From Candidatus Levyibacteriota bacterium (GTDB lineage: Bacteria; Patescibacteriota; Microgenomatia; Levybacterales; GWA1-39-11), in the NCBI GenBank assembly GCA_039738415.1, contig JBCLLY010000002.1, forward strand, positions 9,792 to 73,791: 64,000 nucleotides of DNA, given 5' to 3'. The translations under genes were made by a program, and so were the position numbers. Of the stretch, positions 29,173 through 37,479 are shown piece by piece. The notes under the pieces were generated by a model that made no database searches, had not been told where the DNA came from, and saw only the letters and a list, made by a program, of their open reading frames with translations. The stretch's first letter is position 1. Each line of letters begins with the position of its first letter.

Positions 29173-29763
29173 ATGCTTTGTTGAAACCAGTTCAATTAGA
29201 GTATATTTATAGGTTTTGGGGTCAAAATCGATAATAGTTATAGAGCACTCAAGAATACTAGAATCTTTTAAATTTGCGAAATTAGGAAACTTAATATTAA
29301 GCTTATCTTCATCAAAAATGTTACATAAAAAATCAGTAATAATTCCACCGTGCGTAACTAGTATTGTGTGTACAAATTCATCGTCTTGCGATGAAATAAA
29401 ACTACTTAATCTTTCTCCAGCTTTTCTTGAAGAATCTCCAATTTGTGGAATCCAATCTCTTTCAATTGAAGCTTTTTTCCACATTACAAGAAAATTCTCA
29501 AATTTTTGATTTGGATCATCACCCCAATTAACTCTTTCCTTTAATAAAGGTTTTATAGCAAATTCAAGTTTTAATGCGTTTGCGATAACTTGAGCAGTTT
29601 GTTTAGATCTCAAAGCTGGACTGGTAATTATTTTTTGAATCGAAAGATTTTTGAAATAATAACCCGTAGATTTTGCTTGAGCTAAACCTTTTTCTGAAAG
29701 AGAAGGATCACCAATTTTTTTGACCGTTTCTCCATGGCGAACTAAATAAAAACGTTTTGTCAT
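29158..29763 (-). CDS. histidine phosphatase family protein (phosphoglycerate-mutase-like)
   Basis: FYLVRHGET carries the RHG motif, and a downstream TILVTHGGII motif is present. Confidence 0.8.
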   Translation of the reverse strand: MTKRFYLVRHGETVKKIGDPSLSEKGLAQAKSTGYYFKNLSIQKIITSPALRSKQTAQVIANALKLEFAIKPLLKERVNWGDDPNQKFENFLVMWKKASIERDWIPQIGDSSRKAGERLSSFISSQDDEFVHTILVTHGGIITDFLCNIFDEDKLNIKFPNFANLKDSSILECSITIIDFDPKTYKYTLIELVSTKHLDKI

Positions 29764-30196
29764 TGTCAGTTATTATAATATAGAATTTGTTGAAAACAAA
29801 CTATACGCAAAATGTAACAGAACTCTTCGTAATAAAATTTAAGGGAAATTCAAGAGAAATTAAAAACGAAAGCGCAATCTAAAATTGTTTATTATCTACG
29901 CATAAATCAGGCTACTACCTTATTCCGAGTATGGTAACATTAGGACTCCCGGAAGGTTTTAAATATACTATCCCCCCAGTGGATAAATAAAGAGTGCAAT
30001 CATTAAATAGTTTACAACGAAGCAAAAAATGTTCTATAAAACTCCCTTTCCTCCAAGGATATTGCGCTGAAGTAAATTCGAACGTCGGTCACCAGCCGAC
30101 CCCAAATATCATTAGGAATAACTATATTTTTTGAACTATTTATAGAAATTTCACCCCCGACATAATCAACTTTATCGATTGTGTTATAATTTCTAT

Positions 30197-30448
30197 ATGA
30201 ACCAATCAATACTAAAATATGATGTTATTTTTGAAGAACAGGAAGTTGGTGGGTATACGGCTACTGTACCATCATTGCCGGGATGCATAAGTGAAGGCGA
30301 TACATTCGAAGAAGCAAAAATAAATATTGCTGAGGCAATAACTGCATACTTAGAAAGTCTTGCTATAGACGGTGAAGAAATTCCCAATCCGGACATGAAT
30401 ATATTTATCGGTAAAATTACTGTTGAGAAACCCATTATTGCTATATAG
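30197..30448 (+). CDS. hicB: HicB-family antitoxin
   Basis: YDVIFEEQEVGGYTATVPSLPGCISEGDTFEEAKINIAEAI. TGTTATAAT (30182-30190) sits 6 nt before the ATG. Confidence 0.8.
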   Translation: MNQSILKYDVIFEEQEVGGYTATVPSLPGCISEGDTFEEAKINIAEAITAYLESLAIDGEEIPNPDMNIFIGKITVEKPIIAI

Positions 30449-30456
30449 CAGATTTT

Positions 30457-30669
30457 ATGCCCTCGACAACCTCAAAGAAACTTCTTAAATTTCTCAAGAA
30501 AAGAGGATTTTACCTTCATCACCAAGTAGGAAGCCATATGGTTTTAAAATCTTCTACTGACGTAGCGAGAAGAGTTACACTTCCAATGCACAATAAAGAC
30601 ATAAAACCCGGAACATTATCTTCGGTTCTTAAACAAGCGGGTATTGATAAGATAGATTTTTTTAAATAG
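30457..30669 (+). CDS. hicA: HicA-family mRNA interferase toxin
   Basis: 70 aa. KKLLKFLKKRGFYLHHQVGSHMVLK. Confidence 0.85.
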   Translation: MPSTTSKKLLKFLKKRGFYLHHQVGSHMVLKSSTDVARRVTLPMHNKDIKPGTLSSVLKQAGIDKIDFFK

Positions 30670-30782
30670 GAAAGTCTGAAATAATGATAAAAACCTAGAA
30701 GATCGGCACAAACTGACCCCAGCCCAACAAAAGAACGCTTAATCATCAATTCTATATTTCTGCCTGTACTTGCTACATACTT

Positions 30783-31463
30783 CTAACCAACAATTTCCCC
30801 CTCTATATAATCTTTTGGGGGTTTGGTCATTAGTTTTGCAAGTAAATATCCCACGCCAAATCCTCCAACGTGGGCAAAGAACGCAACGCCACCTGTTTGG
30901 ATACTCAAAGACGGTAGACTGGCTACTCCTTGAAAAAGCTGCAAGATAAGCCAATAGAATATATAAATTCCTGCAGGAATATTTATTGTTGTTATTGCAA
31001 AAAAAAGTAGGACAATTGACTTTATGTAGTGATGTTTGAATAGTACGAAATAAGCTCCCAGAACGCCCGATACGGCACCTGAAGCACCTAACATGGGGAT
31101 TAGTGACTCGGTACTTAATAAATACTGAAATAACGCGCCAATAGCACCTGCGACTAAATACAAACCTAAGTATTTAATTCTCCCAATTCTTTCCTCCACA
31201 TTATCTCCAAACACCCAGAGAAACCACATATTTGAAAGTATGTGAAAAAATCCCCCGTGTAGAAATTGTGAAGTTATGAAAGGGTAGAGGGTTTTATAAT
31301 CCAAAAAGTCAATTTTATCGGGAGTCAGTGCATATTCAGCAACAAAATTGTCTGTATCGCCGAGTAATAAATATCGAATAAAAATATAAACATTTATCGC
31401 AATGATAATAATTGTGATAAATGGTTTTTTGTTAGTTTTAACACTATCTGAAATAGGAAACAT
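30783..31463 (-). CDS. rhomboid family intramembrane serine protease
   Basis: HGGFFHILSNMWFLWVFGDNVE, GASGAVSGVLGAY and HVGGFGVGY motifs, with six TM segments. Confidence 0.9.
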   Translation of the reverse strand: MFPISDSVKTNKKPFITIIIIAINVYIFIRYLLLGDTDNFVAEYALTPDKIDFLDYKTLYPFITSQFLHGGFFHILSNMWFLWVFGDNVEERIGRIKYLGLYLVAGAIGALFQYLLSTESLIPMLGASGAVSGVLGAYFVLFKHHYIKSIVLLFFAITTINIPAGIYIFYWLILQLFQGVASLPSLSIQTGGVAFFAHVGGFGVGYLLAKLMTKPPKDYIEGEIVG

Positions 31464-31682
31464 GATGATTAAATTGCTATATTGTTAAAATGTTATATTG
31501 CTGATTTTTAAGTTACAAATCATAATTCAAAAATCAAATGTCAAAATTAAAAATTTGCAAAAAAACTTCTCTTTTAAAATTGCGAAGCAATTTATTACAG
31601 TATGCGAAACGTAATGAATCAGCGTTCAGACGTTTGCGCAACGTTGAACGTAATTCTACTTTGTAAAAACGCTCTTACGTTG

Positions 31683-31755
31683 CGCGCCTGGCGGGAGTCG
31701 AACCCACAACCTAATCGTTAGAACCGATGTGCTCTATCCATTGAGCTACAGGCGC
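31683..31755 (-). tRNA. tRNA-Arg(UCU)
   Basis: Acceptor GCGCCTG/CAGGCGC, anticodon loop GTTCTAA, T arm GTGGG TTCGACT CCCGC. It is preceded by the leader TTTGCCCGCTATGTAGAT. Confidence 0.8.
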
Positions 31756-31913
31756 ATCTACATAGCGGGCAAATCTATTCTTGTCAGCCAAGGCTGATCC
31801 GCCTCTGGCGGAAGCTACTAGAGCATATGTTATATTTTACCTAAAAAAAATGTAATTTGAAAGTTTTTAAAGCCTAGCAGTTTTTTTAATATGATGCCAA
31901 GTCGGACTCCTTG

Positions 31914-31984
31914 AGCGGGATAGGAGAATTGAACTCCTTACCTCAGATTGGAAATCTGATGTTTTACCGGTAAACTAATCCCGC
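31914..31984 (-). tRNA. tRNA-Gly(UCC)
   Basis: Acceptor GCGGGAT/ATCCCGC with U73, anticodon arm TCAGA TTTCCAA TCTGA, T loop TTCAATT. TGTATAAT lies 13 nt upstream. Confidence 0.85.
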
Positions 31985-32060
31985 GACTCGTAAGTAATTA
32001 TACAAAAAAAGGTGGCTTTTCACAATTTCAAAAAAATCCAGTATGGTTTAATATAAAGCA

Positions 32061-33488
32061 ATGAAAGGAAAAGTTTTTCCGGTTCTTTTTTGGGGATTTA
32101 TTATTCTACTTCTTTTAAATTTTCATCTCAGAGGAGCAATTCCTCATGATGAAGGACAAATGCTTAATGCAGCGTCAAAACTTTTAGCGGGACAAATTCC
32201 CTACAAAGACTTTCAATTCTTTTATACCCCTTTCTCAATTTTTCTTCTCTCACTTACATTTAAAGTGTTTGGGGAGAGTATTTTAATAGAAAAATTGCTT
32301 GCTTTTGCGATTTCTCTGGGTAGCTCTTATTTAATCTGGGAAATTACGTATCAAACATCGAAGAAAATATTTTGGGGTATTTTGTCTGTCCTGCTTTTTA
32401 TTTTTTGGGGAAGCGCTGTGATAAATTTCGTTTGGCCTGTTATGCTTTGCATTTTTTTGGGACTTTTGAATCTAAAATTTGTTCTTGCATATCAACAGAA
32501 AAGCAAAACTGCTACTATTCTTCTAATTGGTTTTACTGCTGCGCTAGTTCTTTTAACTAAGCAAAATTTTGGTATTGCCATACTGGTTGTAAATTTTTTG
32601 ACTTTAATACTTAACTCAAAATTTCATAGTAAAGAAGTTGTCAAACACTATTTATTTGGGTTCATTCTGCCTATTTTACTATTTTTCTCTTATTTGTTGG
32701 TAAATAATTCGCTTGCAATTTTTTTTAAGGAGATGTACTACATAATGTTTGTAAAAATTGCGGGGGAGGGTATGCTTGCAACTCCCTTTGTTTACACCGA
32801 TGTCTTTTTAAATCAGATTGTTAGAACAGGATTTTATTTGTTGCCACTGTTGGTTGGAATCACCGCACTTTTTGTTTGTAAAGAGAAAAAGACGCTGTAT
32901 CCCATTATTTTACTTCCAACAGCTTACTATCTGCTTGGAATTAGACCGACTACGGATTTTGTTCACTTGGCGCCATTTATAGCAATGCTTTCGCTACCTT
33001 TGTCGGTTTTATTTTTAAAAAAAAAGAAGTTATCAATTGTTTTTTTAATAGCTCTTCTAATTTTAGGAGTACATTCAGTGCTTTTTAGGGGTCTATACAA
33101 ATGGGAAGCTCCAATTCTAATGCATAATAATTACGCCGGCTCTTTTAAAACCAATGTTTTTATAGACGACAAGCATAAAATTGTCTTTGATACGGTTATT
33201 CCTATCATTAGGAACTCAAGCTCGGAATATATATTTATATATCACTACTCGCCAATATTTTACTTTCTTTCTGATAAAAAAAATCCAACAAGGTATGACA
33301 ATCTCCCTCCTGAAATATTTACGGAAAATGTTCAAATTGAGGTGATAAAAGATATTACTAATGCTAGCGTAGACACAATTGTAATTGATAAGAAATTCGG
33401 GGATAAAACTCTCTTTGCTAAATTTATAAATGAAAATTTTACCCCAGTGCTTCAGTTAAGCGAACTGAGTATTTGGAAAAAAAAGTAA
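32061..33488 (+). CDS. polytopic membrane protein, GT-C-like (ArnT/PMT-family-like) glycosyltransferase candidate
   Basis: 475 aa with about 12 TM segments. The N-terminal loop reads IPHDEGQMLNAASKLLAGQIPYKDF. Confidence 0.4.
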   Translation: MKGKVFPVLFWGFIILLLLNFHLRGAIPHDEGQMLNAASKLLAGQIPYKDFQFFYTPFSIFLLSLTFKVFGESILIEKLLAFAISLGSSYLIWEITYQTSKKIFWGILSVLLFIFWGSAVINFVWPVMLCIFLGLLNLKFVLAYQQKSKTATILLIGFTAALVLLTKQNFGIAILVVNFLTLILNSKFHSKEVVKHYLFGFILPILLFFSYLLVNNSLAIFFKEMYYIMFVKIAGEGMLATPFVYTDVFLNQIVRTGFYLLPLLVGITALFVCKEKKTLYPIILLPTAYYLLGIRPTTDFVHLAPFIAMLSLPLSVLFLKKKKLSIVFLIALLILGVHSVLFRGLYKWEAPILMHNNYAGSFKTNVFIDDKHKIVFDTVIPIIRNSSSEYIFIYHYSPIFYFLSDKKNPTRYDNLPPEIFTENVQIEVIKDITNASVDTIVIDKKFGDKTLFAKFINENFTPVLQLSELSIWKKK

Positions 33489-33819
33489 TCAATCTGTTTT
33501 TCTCACAAATAATAAAATATCGTTAAAAAATCTTCAAATCATGCCCTGAAAAAAATGCGGAAAGGACGATAATGCCCAGAATGACAGTTTGTGATCTCGT
33601 GCTTATTTTGCGCTTATTCCAAGCGAATTTATTCGCGATTATTCGGGGCGGGGCGGGAGAGCAATCAATATCGTCTCAATTTTCAAAATATCTAACTTGG
33701 TCGAGATTTACGAAAAAATTAGAACCGAATTCCGCAAAGATTAGCTCGGCCGCTTCGCGGCCTCGCTTCCGTTATTTTTCGCGCGCGCGATTTGCGATTG
33801 CGAAGCAATCGCTACTTGT

Positions 33820-34485
33820 TTAATTCGTAAATTTTATTGTGGAAATAATCCGATCAAATGTTTCACTCATTTGTTTATTTTCACTATTATCATTAAAAAA
33901 TGACGGGATCATGATTGAATAACTTCTCTGATCTGGATATTGGATTAAAACTATATATGTTGTTGTTTTTTCTACTTTATTGTAAAGTTTTGTTTTTTGG
34001 ATCGCTTTACTCTCTATGATTACCTGCTTTCCATCAACCATGAGAGGAACGGTGGTTATTTCAACGTCTGGATTCTCAAATCCAATACCTTGTTGTTCAG
34101 GTCTAATGGTCATTATCTTAATGTTACCATCAAAGAGACCGACTACGAAATTTGATTCGTAGGGATCGGGTCTTTCTTTGAGAATCAGAGTGTCGGGATA
34201 TTTGAATTCTAAAGGGTAACTTGTAAACTTATAAGTTTTCCAACTTTGTGTCTGATCTGTAATAGGGGTAGTGACTGTTGTTTGTTCATTACTAACCGCT
34301 GGAGTAGTTTTTGGAGTATTTGGTAGTATATTTTCGTTTATTTGAGAAAGAAAATTTCCCGACTTTTTGCTACTCAGCACGTAATAAGCACTACTTGAAA
34401 CCAGAAGAATAGATAAAATTATGGTTGAAATCATCCAATAGTTTACTTTTGGTTTTTCCGGAATTTGAACTGGTTGACTATCCAT
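33820..34485 (-). CDS. hypothetical membrane-anchored extracytoplasmic protein
   Basis: 221 aa with a single N-terminal TM helix. No recognisable motif. Confidence 0.4.
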   Translation of the reverse strand: MDSQPVQIPEKPKVNYWMISTIILSILLVSSSAYYVLSSKKSGNFLSQINENILPNTPKTTPAVSNEQTTVTTPITDQTQSWKTYKFTSYPLEFKYPDTLILKERPDPYESNFVVGLFDGNIKIMTIRPEQQGIGFENPDVEITTVPLMVDGKQVIIESKAIQKTKLYNKVEKTTTYIVLIQYPDQRSYSIMIPSFFNDNSENKQMSETFDRIISTIKFTN

Positions 34486-34520
34486 ATGTATTTATATGAA
34501 AAAGTATAGCATATTTTTGA

Positions 34521-35006
34521 AATTCAAGCATTGCGCAATTTAAAATTGTAACTGTCCAGACTCCTGATAGATCCAATCTCTTAATGCTTGACATAGACAA
34601 GAAAACCACGTTTAAGTATGATTTGATCGCCAGGTATAATACAGAAATGAAGAAAATTGACAGTAAGCTAAACGTATTGCTGGAACTTCGGGCAGGGAAA
34701 GAGATTACGCCGGAAGAATATCTTTCAAAGAAGAACAAATATATAGACGCAAGAAGGAGTTATTACGGCAAGATTTCAGACTTGAGGGGTCATTATGACG
34801 AAAAGTTTGAACGCCTTGAAAATTTCGCAGAGATTATCTTACAGGCTCAGGACATAATGGAAAGTGACGATGCTGTCAAAAAGCGTCAGCTTCTACAATC
34901 AATAAGTTTCAACCTCTCAATTTCAGAAGGAAATTTGCAAATTGAGTTCAAAAAACCCTTCAGTTTCTACTTTAAAGAGGAAAAACAGCTCACTCCGTCT
35001 ACTGTG
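34521..35006 (+). pseudogene. C-terminal remnant of a large serine recombinase
   Basis: The open frame has no upstream catalytic or zinc-ribbon domains. LLELRAGKEITPEEYLSKKNKY...KKRQLLQSISFNLSISEGNLQIEFKKPF matches the conserved tail of large serine recombinases. The frame then reads through into tRNA-Pro. Confidence 0.55.
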
Positions 35007-35080
35007 TCGGGGAGAGAGGACTTGAACCTCCGGCCTCACGCTCCCAAAGCGCGCGCTCTAGCCAACTGAGCTACTCCCCG
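35007..35080 (-). tRNA. tRNA-Pro(UGG)
   Basis: Acceptor CGGGGAG/CTCCCCG with A73, anticodon arm CGCGC TTTGGGA GCGTG, T arm GGAGG TTCAAGT CCTCT. Confidence 0.85.
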
Positions 35081-35464
35081 TCGTCGAATGCAGGATAGCG
35101 TTTTCAATCTGATCAGTAAATCAGATATTCAACATTTATCCTCCTTCTCCTTACTTCAAAAAGCTATCGCTTTTTGACAAATTGCTTTGCAATTTAAACT
35201 ATCATTCCTCCTTACTTAATCCCGCTTTGCGGGATTAAGTGAACAAAAGCAGGCTGAAAAACCGAAGTTCGATTATATATCGAACAAAGGTCAAAGGCCT
35301 AAGCTCTTGCGTATATTCTAACGATTTCACCTTAAAAACACAATAAAGAGTTATTATAGGTTCAAAATCATAGGTTTAGTACTTGACAAAATTAATTTGA
35401 ACGTGCATATTAGTATGGTAAGTTCAATTGAACCTATTTGAACTGAAGGGGGGTGAATAACAAT

Positions 35465-35641
35465 ATGAAAATGCAATTTTACGACGTAAAAACAAGAGCA
35501 AAAGTTGACGCAGAAGTAACTGAAAGAACTACTTATCAGGTTAAGGGACAAACAAAATATGCTGTTAAAGCAAAAACTTCAGACGGACGAAACTTAACTA
35601 GATTTGTAAGCAAAGACGCATACGATTCTGTAAACGTATAA
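35465..35641 (+). CDS. small basic protein (58 aa), possibly nucleic-acid binding
   Basis: MKMQFYDVKTRAKVDAEVTERTTYQVKGQTKYAVKAKTSDGRNLTRFV. A strong GGGGGG/GGTG SD is present. The promoter is TTGACA (35383-35388), 17 nt, then TGCATATT. Confidence 0.55.
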   Translation: MKMQFYDVKTRAKVDAEVTERTTYQVKGQTKYAVKAKTSDGRNLTRFVSKDAYDSVNV

Positions 35642-35735
35642 CAGACGTTTTTGCACGCGTTGCTAGCAGACCTCTTTTTGGGGTCTGTTAGTGTTTATTT
35701 GATTAATTTGTTAAGTTTAGAGTAAACTTTAACTA

Positions 35736-36500
35736 ATGAATTTACTGGGCTACATTATTTTATTTACATTAATAGGAAGCGTTTTTTCTCTTATTGGGGG
35801 TATATTCTTATTGCTTAATAAAAAAGTAAATAAGATTACCCACATTCTATCATCATTTGCGGCAGGAGCATTATTAGGAGCAGTCTTCTTTGATTTATTT
35901 CCCGAAGGAATTCACCAGGCAGAAAGCTCCATTGGGATATTTAACTTTTTCTTGTTTGTCCTGGGAGGAATTGTAGTTTTCTACTTACTTGAAAGAGTAT
36001 TACATTGGCAACATAATCACGACGCGATAAGTACGAAAGAACCAGTAGTTCCCATGATAATAATAGGAGATACTATTCATAATTTTGTAGACGGAATTGC
36101 AATTGCTGCTGCATTTTTAGTTAACATTCCTCTGGGAATTGTGACTGCGCTGGCGGTAGGGCTTCATGAAATTCCACAGGAAATTGGAGATTTTGGAGTT
36201 TTACTCAAAAAAGGCTTGTCAAGAAAAAAAATATTGCTTGTTAACTTGTTCAGCGCCTCGGTTTCTTTATTGGGTGCACTTTTAGCTTTTTACTTAGGAG
36301 TTTCTTTCGGGGACATTTCCATAATCTTTGTAGCAATAGCGGCGGGCTTTTTTCTATATATTTCGTTGTCAAACCTCATTCCTGAAATTCATCATGAAAA
36401 TAGACGCGGCTTTGCAATTGCCGAAACGACAGCTTTAATAACAGGAATATTAATTACCTTTATAGCGATACAGACTCTTCATTCATTCCTTCCCTCCTGA
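35736..36500 (+). CDS. ZIP family metal (zinc) transporter
   Basis: HNFVDGIAIA and GLHEIPQEIGDFGVLL motifs, with 8 TM segments. Confidence 0.85.
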   Translation: MNLLGYIILFTLIGSVFSLIGGIFLLLNKKVNKITHILSSFAAGALLGAVFFDLFPEGIHQAESSIGIFNFFLFVLGGIVVFYLLERVLHWQHNHDAISTKEPVVPMIIIGDTIHNFVDGIAIAAAFLVNIPLGIVTALAVGLHEIPQEIGDFGVLLKKGLSRKKILLVNLFSASVSLLGALLAFYLGVSFGDISIIFVAIAAGFFLYISLSNLIPEIHHENRRGFAIAETTALITGILITFIAIQTLHSFLPS

Positions 36501-36717
36501 ATGCGTAGAAAAGCGGGAAAGTGAACATTGTCCAAGGTTATTTACAAACAGAACAAAACTAGAAAGAGTTCGTGATTTATAGATTGAAGCTCACATGACC
36601 TTACGATCGGGGAATCGGTCAAACGCTTCGTCGAGCGCAAATCCGCCGAAGCGGAAAATCGCTCTGCATCCCACGGACTTACGTCCAGGGAATTCCGCGA
36701 AGGAGGATTAGAAAGAT

Positions 36718-37158
36718 TTACTGCGTAACTGTAAGAGTTCCTACCATTCCCATTTTTCTGTGGTTACCGATACTACAGTAGTATTCAAATTCTCCAACCT
36801 TATCTGCTACAAATGTAACAGAAGAGCTGTCTCCGGTATTTACCTGACTGGTTGCCGCATTAAAATCATCAAGCGTCCAATCATGAAGACCATCCTCGCT
36901 AGTAAAATTTATTGTCACTGTTTGACCTTTTTTTACTTCAATAGTGTCTTGGGAGAATTCAAAATTCTTACCAGTAATATTAAAAACTGCTACATTCTCA
37001 TCTATTTTTTCCTCTTCAACTACTGTTTCTTGTACGCCATCAACTCCAGGCACAGGCATTCCGGAAGTAGGTTGAGCAGATGGTCTCGTTAGTAAATAGG
37101 CAGCACCCCCTAAAACTATTATTACTACTGCTATGATAGTGATTTTAGTTCCGTTCAT
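36718..37158 (-). CDS. membrane-anchored cupredoxin-like (type-1 copper site) protein
   Basis: It has an N-terminal TM helix, an upstream GLHDW motif, and a C-terminal YYCSIGNHRKMGM (Cys-x4-His-x4-Met) motif. Confidence 0.7.
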   Translation of the reverse strand: MNGTKITIIAVVIIVLGGAAYLLTRPSAQPTSGMPVPGVDGVQETVVEEEKIDENVAVFNITGKNFEFSQDTIEVKKGQTVTINFTSEDGLHDWTLDDFNAATSQVNTGDSSSVTFVADKVGEFEYYCSIGNHRKMGMVGTLTVTQ

Positions 37159-37223
37159 ATTTACTATTATTAAAGCATTATCAATATTTTGTCAACCCCC
37201 TGTTTACCCCGTATATTTGAGTG

Positions 37224-37281
37224 TGGACTCGAGGGGATTCGAACCCCTAATCTGTCCGACGTACATCGGGCCGCTCTATAC
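37224..37281 (-). pseudogene. 3' tRNA fragment (D-arm 3' strand to discriminator), degenerate anticodon arm
   Basis: The minus strand reads TATAGAGCG GCCCGATGTACGTCGGAC AGATT AGGGG TTCGAAT CCCCT CGAGTCC A. No matching 5' acceptor strand is present nearby. Confidence 0.5.
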
Positions 37282-37341
37282 TGTGGACCGGATCCCGCTT
37301 AGCGGGACAACCCCTCCATTTTCGCCCCCTAGATTTAACTG

Positions 37342-37414
37342 TGGACCTTAGGGGATTCGAACCCCTCACCTTTTCTATGCCATAGAAACGCTCTACCAAA
37401 TGAGCTAAAGGCCC
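37342..37414 (-). tRNA. tRNA-Ala(GGC)
   Basis: Acceptor GGGCCTT/AAGGTCC (with G3:U70), anticodon arm TTTCT ATGGCAT AGAAA, T arm AGGGG TTCGAAT CCCCT. TACAAT lies 12 nt upstream. Confidence 0.85.
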
Positions 37415-37479
37415 TCTGGTCAAATTGTATCAAAACTGAAAACTTATTCCTAGACAAGCAGTGGTAAAATATAGTTCAG

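Noticed and set aside
33572-33823. ORF 33572..33823 (83 aa).
   Set aside because: It lies in a hairpin-rich, compositionally odd spacer. The peptide is Arg/Ser-rich with no motif and no SD. It is treated as non-coding.
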